The notes below the pieces were generated by a model that saw only the letters and a program-made list of their open reading frames with translations, was not told where the DNA came from and ran no database searches. 64,000 nucleotides of DNA, from IMG/VR virus record IMGVR_UViG_3300022699_000502, positions 1 through 64,000 of that record. One strand, given 5' to 3'. This DNA comes from a virus. Its lineage: Duplodnaviria; Heunggongvirae; Uroviricota; Caudoviricetes. The position numbers were made by a program, and so were the translations under genes. This document shows positions 44,515 through 53,821 of the stretch, piece after piece (position 1 is the stretch's first letter; each line of letters begins with the position of its first letter).

Positions 44515-44540
44515 CTTTTTTTATATAAATGGTGATAAAA

Positions 44541-44930
44541 ATGAATTTAGAAGATATGTATAAATTAAACATAAAATTCAATAATAGATATAGACTTAAG
44601 AATACAATTAAGAAAATAAAAAACAATAGTGAATACAGTAATTATGAGAAAATAAAAAGAATCAGTAGGTTAAAAAAGACCACAAAATTACATAATTGGT
44701 ATAAGTTATTTTCTTATTTTATAAAAGATAAGAAAATAATAACTGATACCGATTTAATTTTTACTGCATACAGATATATAACCAAATATACAGATATAAA
44801 AATAACCACAGTAATAAATAAATTTAATGAAATAGAATCATCATTAAAAACTAAATGGATAAAAGAAAAATCATTTTGGGTTAATATACAAAATGATGAA
44901 TTTTATCTTATCAGAAGTCTATGGAAATAA
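44541..44930 (+). CDS. basic K/N-rich protein P2 (129 aa)
   Basis: GGTGATAAAAATG start context. Confidence 0.5.
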   Translation: MNLEDMYKLNIKFNNRYRLKNTIKKIKNNSEYSNYEKIKRISRLKKTTKLHNWYKLFSYFIKDKKIITDTDLIFTAYRYITKYTDIKITTVINKFNEIESSLKTKWIKEKSFWVNIQNDEFYLIRSLWK

Positions 44931-44935
44931 AATAA

Positions 44936-44950
44936 AAACCTTTTATTTTT
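44936..44950 (+). terminator. intergenic oligo-T element AAAAACCTTTTATTTT
   Basis: second copy. Confidence 0.35.
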
Positions 44951-44994
44951 TATTTTTATATAAACTAAAAAACCTTTAATTTAGATGTGATAAA

Positions 44995-45423
44995 ATGATA
45001 TATGAATTTAATAGACCAGAAGAAATAAATTTAAAACCCTTTAAGGTTATTTTCAATAAAATAACCCTATCTGAAAATAGAAATCATTTAAAGATAAAAC
45101 TATCCTATTGGGATAATTGCCAAAGGTTAAGAGAAATAAATAAAAGGAAAAAAGAAACTGACTTATATATAAAAATACCAAAGAAATTAACTGATGATAT
45201 TAAGGTAAATATCAATAAAACAATAAACCTAAATTTAGAATTGGAATTAATCCATACAGTAATTAAAAATATAAAATATTTAATTTTACATAAAAATAGA
45301 AATTACAGTAAATATCATTATACAAAAATACAGAAAATTATAAGATTTTTAGAAGATATAGAAAATAAAATTTCCAGAAGGATAGATGTTAAACCATTAA
45401 ATGACTTATTTGGTGGTGAATAA
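44995..45423 (+). CDS. basic K/N-rich protein P3 (142 aa)
   Basis: GATGTGATAAAATG start context. Confidence 0.5.
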   Translation: MIYEFNRPEEINLKPFKVIFNKITLSENRNHLKIKLSYWDNCQRLREINKRKKETDLYIKIPKKLTDDIKVNINKTINLNLELELIHTVIKNIKYLILHKNRNYSKYHYTKIQKIIRFLEDIENKISRRIDVKPLNDLFGGE

Positions 45424-45424
45424 A

Positions 45425-45790
45425 ATGATAAAAAATACTTCTCTTATTGGATTAGGGAAAATAGTACATTTAAGAATAAACCAAATAGTAACAGATATAT
45501 CAGAAAATACAATTTATTTAGAATTTAATAAACATAATAGTGATAAAAACCATACTGATACAATAAGAATAATTGAAATAGATAAAAATAACATTAAAAC
45601 CAATAAATATAATGACCCAATTACTGAAATAACAATAAATGATGATACATTTATTAAAATAACATTTAATCAGTTATATAGTTGGATAGATACAATAATA
45701 TCATTTATTACGATAAATAATCAGATAGAGTTAAAAAGAAAATTAGAGAAAATACAGTTATTCTTAAATGAATATATAGATTATATCTAA
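45425..45790 (+). CDS. K/N/I-rich protein P4 (121 aa from the GGTGA-linked ATG)
   Basis: GGTGGTGAATAAAATG start context; abuts the P3 stop. Confidence 0.5.
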   Translation: MIKNTSLIGLGKIVHLRINQIVTDISENTIYLEFNKHNSDKNHTDTIRIIEIDKNNIKTNKYNDPITEITINDDTFIKITFNQLYSWIDTIISFITINNQIELKRKLEKIQLFLNEYIDYI

Positions 45791-45804
45791 AAACCTATTT
45801 TTTT
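45789..45804 (+). terminator. intergenic oligo-T element AAAACCTATTTTTTTT
   Basis: third copy (variant). Confidence 0.3.
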
Positions 45805-46057
45805 TATTATATTTTTTTGAGAATTTTTATTGGAATTTTTATATATAAATTAATTAATCCTTAATATCTATTATCCTATTTTCTATCTTAACATATAGGT
45901 TATAGATTTATCAAAATTAGGTTATTAGAAGTCTTATAGTGGGGTATATTACCGATTGAATTAATTGATTAAGGGTTAATAACATTTAGACTTTTTAGAT
46001 ACAATATAAAAATTATGATAATAGAAAATATAAATCTAATTTTGTGTGTTTTATCAT

Positions 46058-46222
46058 ATTTCTATTTACTCAATTCTTATAAATTAGTTAATTGTTAAAT
46101 TTTTATTTCTATAAACCTTAATCCTATAATTAACCTATATTTTATTTCTATAAACCTTAATCTTATAATAAGATATTTCTTATTTCTATTTACTTAATTC
46201 TTATATTAATTAGTTATTTCTT
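46058..46222. repeat. nested direct repeats R1-R2-R2-R1
   Basis: R1 ~36 bp TATTTCTATTTACT(C/T)AATTCTTATA..TTAGTTA at 46058 and 46180; R2 ~29 bp TTTATTTCTATAAACCTTAATC(C/T)TATAAT at 46097 and 46140. Confidence 0.5.
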
Positions 46223-46408
46223 AATTGATAGGTTAATATATATTTTATATCTATAAATTAAAAAATTCTGTAATTTTTTTTTTATAAGATTAATCCTAAT
46301 ATTAATTAAAATTTAATTTTTTTTAGATTGAGTTAATAAAAATATTTTCTATATTGAGATATTTTTATAAAATATTTTTAGCCGAATCTCAAATAAAAAT
46401 CATCTAAT

Positions 46409-46429
46409 CGTTTAGATATTATCTAAACG
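46409..46429. repeat. palindrome CGTTTAGATA-T-TATCTAAACG (right copy)
   Basis: 10-bp arms; core GTTTAGAT..ATCTAAAC is identical to 43506..43524; preceded by a partial CATCTAAT. Confidence 0.5.
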
Positions 46430-46784
46430 GAGAGATGAATTTTTTATATTCTTATAAAACAATTAAGGTAAATTAATTAATTAGTAGGTTTATTAAAATA
46501 TCTCTATATATGTGTGTATGACATATCGTCAGACATATTTATATTGAGATTTTAAATATTATACGGTATTAAATTGAGAATTTAAAATAATTTTATTTGA
46601 GAAAAATTTTCATTAATTATTTAAAATTTTAAATAATTAACAAATCTGTAAAATAATTTTTAATTATTAAAATCACAAAATAAATTTCATTTGTCACTGG
46701 TTATTTAAATTATATACAAATTTAAAATTTTTTTACCCTCCAATTATTCCAAAACATTTATATAGTACCCCATTTATATAATAT

Positions 46785-47318
46785 ATGATGGGTTGCCCAA
46801 TATGTGACCATGAGAACAGGGATGATATCGAAGCGGAAGTCGCGAACGGTTTCCCTAAAAAGATAATCGCGCAAGATATTGGATGCAGTATCGAGGACAT
46901 ATTAGACCACATGGAAAACCACTCAAAATACGGCCAGCCCGGTGGTGAGGACGCTACCATGGAGGACCAAATTGGGGGCCACTACAAAAATATGTACCCT
47001 CCCAGGGACTCATACGAAAAATACGACGTGCTGAACACGAATATGGAGCGCCTTACAGACCGGTTCGACAGCTTGATGGAGAAAGACCATCTCGACAAAG
47101 ACGACACAAAACAGATAGTTAGTATGGCGCGCGAACTCAGGCAAACAGTGATGAATTTGGCCGAATTAGAAGGCGAATTACACAAGGAGCTTGCCCTAAC
47201 AAGGGCGCAATTTGAAGCGCTCAAAGAAGCCGTTCTACGCGAACTTGACCCCGACACGCAAGAGGTCATAATCAACGCGATCGATGAGTCCCAAATAGAA
47301 GTAGAAGCTGACCAATAG
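46785..47318 (+). CDS. terminase small subunit candidate
   Basis: 177 aa directly upstream of TerL; N-terminal CPICDH and HTH-like AQDIGCSIEDILDH; C-terminal coiled-coil, the usual TerS architecture. Confidence 0.55.
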   Translation: MMGCPICDHENRDDIEAEVANGFPKKIIAQDIGCSIEDILDHMENHSKYGQPGGEDATMEDQIGGHYKNMYPPRDSYEKYDVLNTNMERLTDRFDSLMEKDHLDKDDTKQIVSMARELRQTVMNLAELEGELHKELALTRAQFEALKEAVLRELDPDTQEVIINAIDESQIEVEADQ

Positions 47319-47327
47319 GCGAATATT

Positions 47328-47546
47328 ATGTCGACAACAATGACGTTTGAAGCGAACGGATATTCCTTTAAAAGACCATCTGGGATAAAAATAGCCCACG
47401 AGGTACAAGATGTGACCGGCAGGATGCCCGACGGTATATCTGATAACGGTGACCGTATAACATTCATATGGAATAAGAGCTTGCCGTACGAACTCAAGTG
47501 TGCGGTGCGTGACCTGATGGATAGATATAGGTATGAAGAATTATGA
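47328..47546 (+). CDS. hypothetical protein (72 aa)
   Basis: between TerS and TerL; start overlaps the TerL start region (ATGA). Confidence 0.4.
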   Translation: MSTTMTFEANGYSFKRPSGIKIAHEVQDVTGRMPDGISDNGDRITFIWNKSLPYELKCAVRDLMDRYRYEEL

Positions 47547-48967
47547 CGAGCGAACTCCAAAAACAAATGGCCATCGAGATGAAGGCCTTTAGAGATCCGC
47601 GCATCTTCGTAGAAGATATTCTAGGTATAGATTGGTTGTGGCCAGTCCAAGAAGAACTAATTTACGACTTCTATGACGGTAATTACCAACAGCTAGTTGC
47701 GGTCCTAGGTCAACGTAGCGGAAAGACAACTGCGGCATCAATAATAGCTACCTATGAACTATTTAAACTATTAGCCATCGGTAAACCATGTTCATATTAC
47801 GATTTGCCAGCAGGCCAGGACCTATATATTATATGCACCGCGTCAAGCGCGCAACAGGCAAAGGATACGATATATTCTCAGGTGGAAGCCCGTATTGAAA
47901 ATTGCGAATGGTTTAAAAATTACGGATATACAAAACATTCACGCGAATTCATATTTGAAACAGATGAAAACGAAATATATTTAAGATCAGAACATTCAAA
48001 TTCGTCGTCACTTGCAGGGCATACGTGTAAAGCCGTTCTTCTTGATGAAATGGCACGGTTCAAAGACACAGGCGGTCATACATCAGCCGATATGGTGTAC
48101 GACACACTTAGCAGAACACTCGCTACATTCGGTCGCCAAGGAAAAATGGTAGTTATATCATCACCGCTCTTGAAGGACGACTTCCTCATGAACTTATATA
48201 GGTCGGGGAAAGAAGATCCTCGGACACTCACAAAGCATTACGCGACATGGGAAGCGAACCCGAACATAACAATGGAGGATTTGGATAGCGAATTCCAAAG
48301 GAATCCTGAAGCAGCGTGGCGTGATTTCGGTGCACAACCGTCATCTTCATTAGAAGGTTATTTCAAAGAACAGGATCGTATCGATGACGTAGTAGATACT
48401 TCCATAGAGTTGTGCCCTGATGAATATACACCACCCGACATCCCATCCATCGAACAACCATGTTACATAGCGGGCGACCCAGCTACTAAAAACGACGCGT
48501 TCGGTATAGCTATGTGCCACCAAGACCCTAAAACTGAAAAAATATTAGTAGATATTGCGCATAGGTTCGAACCAAAAGGCACTAAATCAGCAGAAGTTGA
48601 TGCACAAAAGGTCGCGGAATTCATAGTTGAGTTAGCCGAAAAACATAACGTTGTATCATTCACAACAGACGTATGGTCATTCCAAAGAGCATTACAGCGC
48701 ATAGAACAGGCCGGCATACCAGTCGAACAAAACCACGCGCTCAAAGAGGAATATGACCACCTTAAAGAATTAATTTACACAAATCAAATTAAGTTACCCG
48801 ACACTAAAGTCGTGGAAGAATTAAAATCATTAGAGATCAAAAACGCAAAGAAAGTCGACCACCCATCAAAAGGTAGCAAAGATGTATCCGATGCTGTTTG
48901 TAACGCAGTATGGGCCCTTGAACAAAAAAGTGGCGATACGGAAGAACCGATCGCGCTTGTATTTTAA
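47543..48967 (+). CDS. terminase large subunit
   Basis: 474 aa; Walker A LGQRSGKTT, Walker B VLLDEMARF, C-terminal RNaseH-like nuclease acidic residues (GDPATKNDAFGIAMCH, TTDVWSFQ). Confidence 0.85.
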   Translation: MTSELQKQMAIEMKAFRDPRIFVEDILGIDWLWPVQEELIYDFYDGNYQQLVAVLGQRSGKTTAASIIATYELFKLLAIGKPCSYYDLPAGQDLYIICTASSAQQAKDTIYSQVEARIENCEWFKNYGYTKHSREFIFETDENEIYLRSEHSNSSSLAGHTCKAVLLDEMARFKDTGGHTSADMVYDTLSRTLATFGRQGKMVVISSPLLKDDFLMNLYRSGKEDPRTLTKHYATWEANPNITMEDLDSEFQRNPEAAWRDFGAQPSSSLEGYFKEQDRIDDVVDTSIELCPDEYTPPDIPSIEQPCYIAGDPATKNDAFGIAMCHQDPKTEKILVDIAHRFEPKGTKSAEVDAQKVAEFIVELAEKHNVVSFTTDVWSFQRALQRIEQAGIPVEQNHALKEEYDHLKELIYTNQIKLPDTKVVEELKSLEIKNAKKVDHPSKGSKDVSDAVCNAVWALEQKSGDTEEPIALVF

Positions 48968-49057
48968 TGGCTCAATCCCGTTCCGTTTTCCTTTCGGTGT
49001 TTGGGCGACTAACTATATGTGTAAGGTCATATATAAAGATTATGGACAGGTGTTCAC

Positions 49058-50326
49058 ATGTTTGAAGGAATAAAGAAGATGTTTAATTTGGACTCATCGA
49101 TCGCAGAAAGCAAAATTGCTGGATTTCCTAAAAAGCGTAAATGGAGTGATGAGTGGCCAGAAGAAATGGACGATTATGGTGATGTATACGAGCAAGTAAG
49201 TGTAGTTAGACAATGTATTAGTTTGATAGCCGATTTTTCGGTATCAACAGGATATCACGTTAAAACTCCGCATGATGATCTAGAGAAACGCATCAAAAAT
49301 ATGCAAAAACGTACCAATTTCGGTGAATTTTTGAAGACAGCCGTCAAAAAGCGTGAGATATGGGGTTATGCGGCTTTTGAGATCGTCACCGATGGAAATG
49401 GACATATAACTGGATTTAATGCACTAGATTCACGTAAATTAAAGGTTAAAGTTGATGAAAATACGATGGAAATAGACCATTTTGAGTACTTAACAGGTGG
49501 TACTCAATACGTTTTGGATCCTGATGACGTCTTTTACGTCACAAAGGATTCATTAGACACATCTAGAAAGGGTGTAAGTGCATTAGAGTCTATTAAGACG
49601 ACAATTAAGAGGAAATGGCAGCTTGAGAAGGATTTAGAACAAGCCGCGATGCGTTTATGGGCTCCCTACACGTTATTCCAATTTGACACATCGTATGTAC
49701 AAGATAAGGAGAAGCAGAAGAGGGAGATGCAGAAATTCACTGAGCAAATAAAACCCGGTAAAACTATTGTGCATAATAAGAAAGTTGAGCCGAGTATAAT
49801 CGATATGAGTCCTGACATTGGTTCACTTAATGAATCTATTGATAATGCTGATCAAGAAATAATGGGTAATTGGAGCATACCAAAGGCATTATTGTCAAGA
49901 GAACAATCTAGTACTGGTGCAAGTTTGGCACCTGCTGTTAGGTCCCTTTATGAATCCACAGTTGCTTCGGTTCAACAGTATTTTAAAAGTGAGATCGAGA
50001 ATCAAATTTATGATAGGATTGCAAAAGAGATGGAGTATGAACCTAATGTAGCTGAACACGCATGGAGGCCGCCTAAATTCCATGATAGTACACTTATTAG
50101 AGCATTATCATATGCTGTACGCAACGGTGTTATATCACCCAAAGATATGGTTACTATGTTGGGTTGGGATGTTGAAGATGTCCCAGATGCAGGAGCAGAT
50201 GGGGATGCGGCACCACGTGAAAGAGCACCTCCTGGTAATCAGCCGGAAACTATGTCGATGGATGTCGTTGAAGCGATCAAGGAAGATCCGGAGATGTTAA
50301 GACAACTCAAGGAGGCGTTACAATGA
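49058..50326 (+). CDS. portal protein candidate
   Basis: 422 aa immediately after TerL (conserved synteny); the size fits; no decisive motif readable by eye. Confidence 0.55.
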   Translation: MFEGIKKMFNLDSSIAESKIAGFPKKRKWSDEWPEEMDDYGDVYEQVSVVRQCISLIADFSVSTGYHVKTPHDDLEKRIKNMQKRTNFGEFLKTAVKKREIWGYAAFEIVTDGNGHITGFNALDSRKLKVKVDENTMEIDHFEYLTGGTQYVLDPDDVFYVTKDSLDTSRKGVSALESIKTTIKRKWQLEKDLEQAAMRLWAPYTLFQFDTSYVQDKEKQKREMQKFTEQIKPGKTIVHNKKVEPSIIDMSPDIGSLNESIDNADQEIMGNWSIPKALLSREQSSTGASLAPAVRSLYESTVASVQQYFKSEIENQIYDRIAKEMEYEPNVAEHAWRPPKFHDSTLIRALSYAVRNGVISPKDMVTMLGWDVEDVPDAGADGDAAPRERAPPGNQPETMSMDVVEAIKEDPEMLRQLKEALQ

Positions 50327-50664
50327 GTGAAGCTGAATTATGGATATATAGAGGTGATGATGAGAAATTCCAATTTGAATTCGAAGATAGTGAAGGTGTA
50401 CCAATCAGTATATCTGGATGTGGTATCACTATGACTGTTAGGGAAGATTGGGATAGTCAAGATGTTGTGATGGTTGATAGTGCCTCAGCAGGTACGCATG
50501 TTGATGCGGCTGGTGGCATCACGCAACTACAATTTACGCATAGTCAGACCGCATTATTAGAACCAAAGGGATATGTATATGATGTTCAAGTTACAGATCC
50601 GGCTGGACAAATAACTACTGTATTGGCTGATGACCTGTTTGTTAAGGAGGATGCAACGAGGTAA
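50323..50664 (+). CDS. structural protein, Ig-like beta-sandwich (113 aa)
   Basis: 4-nt overlap with the portal stop; beta-rich. Confidence 0.45.
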   Translation: MSEAELWIYRGDDEKFQFEFEDSEGVPISISGCGITMTVREDWDSQDVVMVDSASAGTHVDAAGGITQLQFTHSQTALLEPKGYVYDVQVTDPAGQITTVLADDLFVKEDATR

Positions 50665-50668
50665 TTAT

Positions 50669-51073
50669 ATGGCGCATTTTAGCGAGAAAGATGATTTAGT
50701 GGTCACTGTTAGCACGGGAATATACACGAAACATGCACAAAGTCATGTTGAAGGAGGGTATGATGAGATAGATACACCTTTAAATAAGAAGGCATATCCA
50801 ACAGGTAGAGGTGATAGTTTACCTGCAGCATCAACAGATGGTGAGCTATTTTACAATAGGAGTGAAGAAGCACTATATATTGTCGATGAGGATGAATGGA
50901 AAAGAACTGGTGTTGCAGCCGGTCAAGCTGTTGGTATCAGAAAGGTTGAATTTGCAAAATATACCGGTCAAAGCATACCCAGTGGATCAACATTTGTCGT
51001 AGGCGACGTAGATGTACCGCCTGAGTATGATACAGCGTCAATAGTTGAAGTGAGCGAAGTATTCTTGGAGTGA
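50669..51073 (+). CDS. structural protein with HxxxH-GG-DE N-terminal motif (134 aa)
   Basis: TKHAQSHVEGGYDEID motif shared with 52058, 56435 and 63590 ORFs; AGGAGG upstream. Confidence 0.5.
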   Translation: MAHFSEKDDLVVTVSTGIYTKHAQSHVEGGYDEIDTPLNKKAYPTGRGDSLPAASTDGELFYNRSEEALYIVDEDEWKRTGVAAGQAVGIRKVEFAKYTGQSIPSGSTFVVGDVDVPPEYDTASIVEVSEVFLE

Positions 51074-51077
51074 TATT

Positions 51078-52058
51078 ATGGCGAATTATCAGATTGAAGT
51101 TGAAGGCGACATCAGGGAAGACGTGTCGGTTGGTGATGATATCGATATCATCAATTCTCAAGTTAATGATGGTACATATACTGTTGACGATATTACGTAT
51201 GATGGTAATACTTTTTTGATTCTGGAAGATGAAACTTTAAATCCTGATGATAATACTGGTGATGTCAGATTTAATGTGGGTGGTGAAGGAGAAGAACCTT
51301 TTGCGTCGCATCCGAACGAATACGGTGATTATACAGACGGATCGTATGAATGGACACAACCTGAAGAAGGTGACGTTGTATATAGTAAAGAAGATGATGG
51401 CATATTTGTTTATGACGGACACAGTTGGTGTCAAATTACGGATAGCAAAATTAAGAACACTATTGATATTTATCACGATTTTACGGATCCATCAGAATTA
51501 AATGGTTGGTCGAAAGGATCAAATGAATGGGGTTATGCGCCAAGGATAACTAGTAGTTTACCGATAGGTACGGGTACAGGCGGATGGATAAACGCTGAGG
51601 CTGATGCATCTGAAACCGGGGTGGATGCATACAGTTACATGAGTTTAAATGTTGAAATCCCAATGAGTAATCATTTTGTTTTTACTACGAGGTTTTTAGT
51701 AGACGGGACCACACACGACATACAAATAGGATTTTCAGACACATATTTAAGTATACATAATTTGGCGGGCGACGTTAAGTTTGGCGAAGCGGGGATTGGA
51801 TTGTCGATGAATATAAGTGAAAATGAGGTACATACATTCCAACTACAAACATTTTGGAATGAACGAACTTTAGGTATCTGGCTTGACGGTGAATTACAGG
51901 TGTCAGTTACAATACCTGATGAGTATTGGTATGCGATCGATGATCCATATGTGAGGGTCGAAACAACAAGTACAGCAGCGCAAGATCTTTATGTTGATTA
52001 TTTATATTATTATGCTGATAATAGAGGTATAGTGATAGGAGAAGGGGGTCCATCATAA
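51078..52058 (+). CDS. structural protein with C-terminal lectin/jelly-roll-like domain (326 aa)
   Basis: acidic N-terminal half; C-terminal beta-rich region (FVFTTRFLVDGTTHDIQIGF ... TFQLQTFWNERTLGIWLDGELQVSV). Confidence 0.55.
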   Translation: MANYQIEVEGDIREDVSVGDDIDIINSQVNDGTYTVDDITYDGNTFLILEDETLNPDDNTGDVRFNVGGEGEEPFASHPNEYGDYTDGSYEWTQPEEGDVVYSKEDDGIFVYDGHSWCQITDSKIKNTIDIYHDFTDPSELNGWSKGSNEWGYAPRITSSLPIGTGTGGWINAEADASETGVDAYSYMSLNVEIPMSNHFVFTTRFLVDGTTHDIQIGFSDTYLSIHNLAGDVKFGEAGIGLSMNISENEVHTFQLQTFWNERTLGIWLDGELQVSVTIPDEYWYAIDDPYVRVETTSTAAQDLYVDYLYYYADNRGIVIGEGGPS

Positions 52059-52921
52059 TGGGTAGTGTAAAGGAGAAAAATAAGATTGTTATTCAAACTA
52101 ACAGAAATGCATTTGATAAACATGCATCTTCGCATAATAAAGACGGATTTGATCCCGTATCAGTAGCCGATTTACAATCCGATGGTTCAGATAATGAAGT
52201 TTTGACGGCGGATGGTTCTGGTGGACTTTATTGGGCTGAAAGAGGCACCGTTGGTGGTGTTGAATCGTTGAGTGGTTTAATTATTGATACTGATAAAGAT
52301 TGGAATGGATATAATATAACTAATTTTGGTAGCGGAAACTATGATATTGAAGATGAATTAGGTAATATTGTAACAACCATCAACAATATGGGCGGTATTA
52401 CTAATATAAGCGCAATGAAGTTAGGCGAGAGTTTTCCAGCGGGTCATACAACAAATAGGTTATTTTTTAAACCAGATAGTGGCATCTTGTATGATGATGG
52501 GAGTGACTGGAATAATATTTCATTTGTAGATCATAATGATATGGAGTTAACGTCATATGATCATCATCATCCGGAAAGGGACAGTGGAACGGATATACAG
52601 ATGACGCCATTTATTGAGTATGCAGGTGATTTAGATGCACAACCGATAATGGCGATATCGTTAGAACCAGATGAGAGGTTACAGGTATGGCGACTAGGAT
52701 ACGAAAAAACTGATGGTACTCATGGTAATGTTACGATCGATGTTTATGATGATACGAACGATGAGGTCATATATAGTACAACTGATAATGATAGTTCAAT
52801 AGGCGAGTTACCGGCATTAGCATATTCAGAATATGGGGTTGATATTAAGGTGAGATTGCATACATCAACGGGTACACCTGTTACACTGTCGGTTAATTAT
52901 GGATTTAAATTAAATGGATGA
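52058..52921 (+). CDS. structural protein with HxxxH-GG-D motif (287 aa)
   Basis: DKHASSHNKDGFDPVSVADL; ATGA overlap with upstream gene. Confidence 0.55.
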   Translation: MGSVKEKNKIVIQTNRNAFDKHASSHNKDGFDPVSVADLQSDGSDNEVLTADGSGGLYWAERGTVGGVESLSGLIIDTDKDWNGYNITNFGSGNYDIEDELGNIVTTINNMGGITNISAMKLGESFPAGHTTNRLFFKPDSGILYDDGSDWNNISFVDHNDMELTSYDHHHPERDSGTDIQMTPFIEYAGDLDAQPIMAISLEPDERLQVWRLGYEKTDGTHGNVTIDVYDDTNDEVIYSTTDNDSSIGELPALAYSEYGVDIKVRLHTSTGTPVTLSVNYGFKLNG

Positions 52922-53372
52922 TATTATGGATAAGATTATTGGTGATTCTAGGATCAAGATTACAAAGATTGGTGATGATGGAGTGGTTACCGAAGAATAT
53001 GAAGGTAATACTTTCTTGGATGAAGGTATAAAGCACATATGGTCGTTAGTATGTGGCGAAACGGCTAATGCATTAACTACAGATAATGCACAAGTTGGAG
53101 TTGGAAATAGTGGTGTTAGTACTTCATCCGATCAATTAAGCTTACAAGGAACATCAACGTATTTTTCACCAGTCGGGTCCGAATATCCTGTGTATGGCAG
53201 CACTACTCACATAACACTAAGAGGTACGTTTGGTGTAAATGATGCAAATTTCCATTGGAAAGAGATAGGTGTGAGTGCGGGTGACATCCTTATTAATAGG
53301 ATGGTAAATGATATGGGAACTAAAACAGATGAAGAGGCATGGATAGTTGATGTTAAATTATTGTTGGAGTGA
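52914..53372 (+). CDS. structural protein (152 aa), tandem paralog of 53369..53821
   Basis: shared pattern QVGVGNSGVSTSSDQLSLQG / MAIGSDTTSESVSDSQLGLQT and a C-terminal G-rich block. Confidence 0.5.
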   Translation: MDDIMDKIIGDSRIKITKIGDDGVVTEEYEGNTFLDEGIKHIWSLVCGETANALTTDNAQVGVGNSGVSTSSDQLSLQGTSTYFSPVGSEYPVYGSTTHITLRGTFGVNDANFHWKEIGVSAGDILINRMVNDMGTKTDEEAWIVDVKLLLE

Positions 53373-53821
53373 TATTTATGAAACTAAAAGGTAAAGTTAC
53401 AGTAGTTGAAATAAATGGTGATGAAAAAGTTAATGAGGTTGAATCTTGTAACGTTGTCGTTGAGAACGGAAAACAGAGAGTAGCACAATATATAAATGGT
53501 AATAGTGCTAATTCCTTCGAATATATGGCTATAGGTAGTGATACAACTTCGGAATCAGTATCTGATTCCCAGTTAGGTTTACAAACTGATATAGTGGGTC
53601 CAGTTCCCCATAGTGTTGTTGCTTTATCTGGTACGAATTATGGCGTTGAATACAATTATACTTATAGTGCCGGTGCAGGAGGTACGCAAGTTACTGAGAT
53701 GGGTATATTTGACGGTGATTCAGGGAGCGGTATCGATACGATGCTGAACAGGGTTACATTTGAGGCGATGAATAATCAAGACTATGAGTTAGATGTTAAT
53801 TATGTGGTTGAAATAGTATGA
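53369..53821 (+). CDS. structural protein (150 aa), paralog of 52914..53372
   Basis: see 52914..53372. Confidence 0.5.
   Translation: MIFMKLKGKVTVVEINGDEKVNEVESCNVVVENGKQRVAQYINGNSANSFEYMAIGSDTTSESVSDSQLGLQTDIVGPVPHSVVALSGTNYGVEYNYTYSAGAGGTQVTEMGIFDGDSGSGIDTMLNRVTFEAMNNQDYELDVNYVVEIV

Noticed and set aside
46040-46260. Possible CRISPR array in the AT-rich island repeats
   Set aside because: There are only two copies each of two different repeats, with unequal spacing of 12 to 120 bp and no spacer regularity or cas genes. The pattern fits iterons or a pac site instead.
46982-47566. 194-aa minus ORF antisense to TerS and the start of TerL
   Set aside because: It is antisense to well-supported packaging genes.
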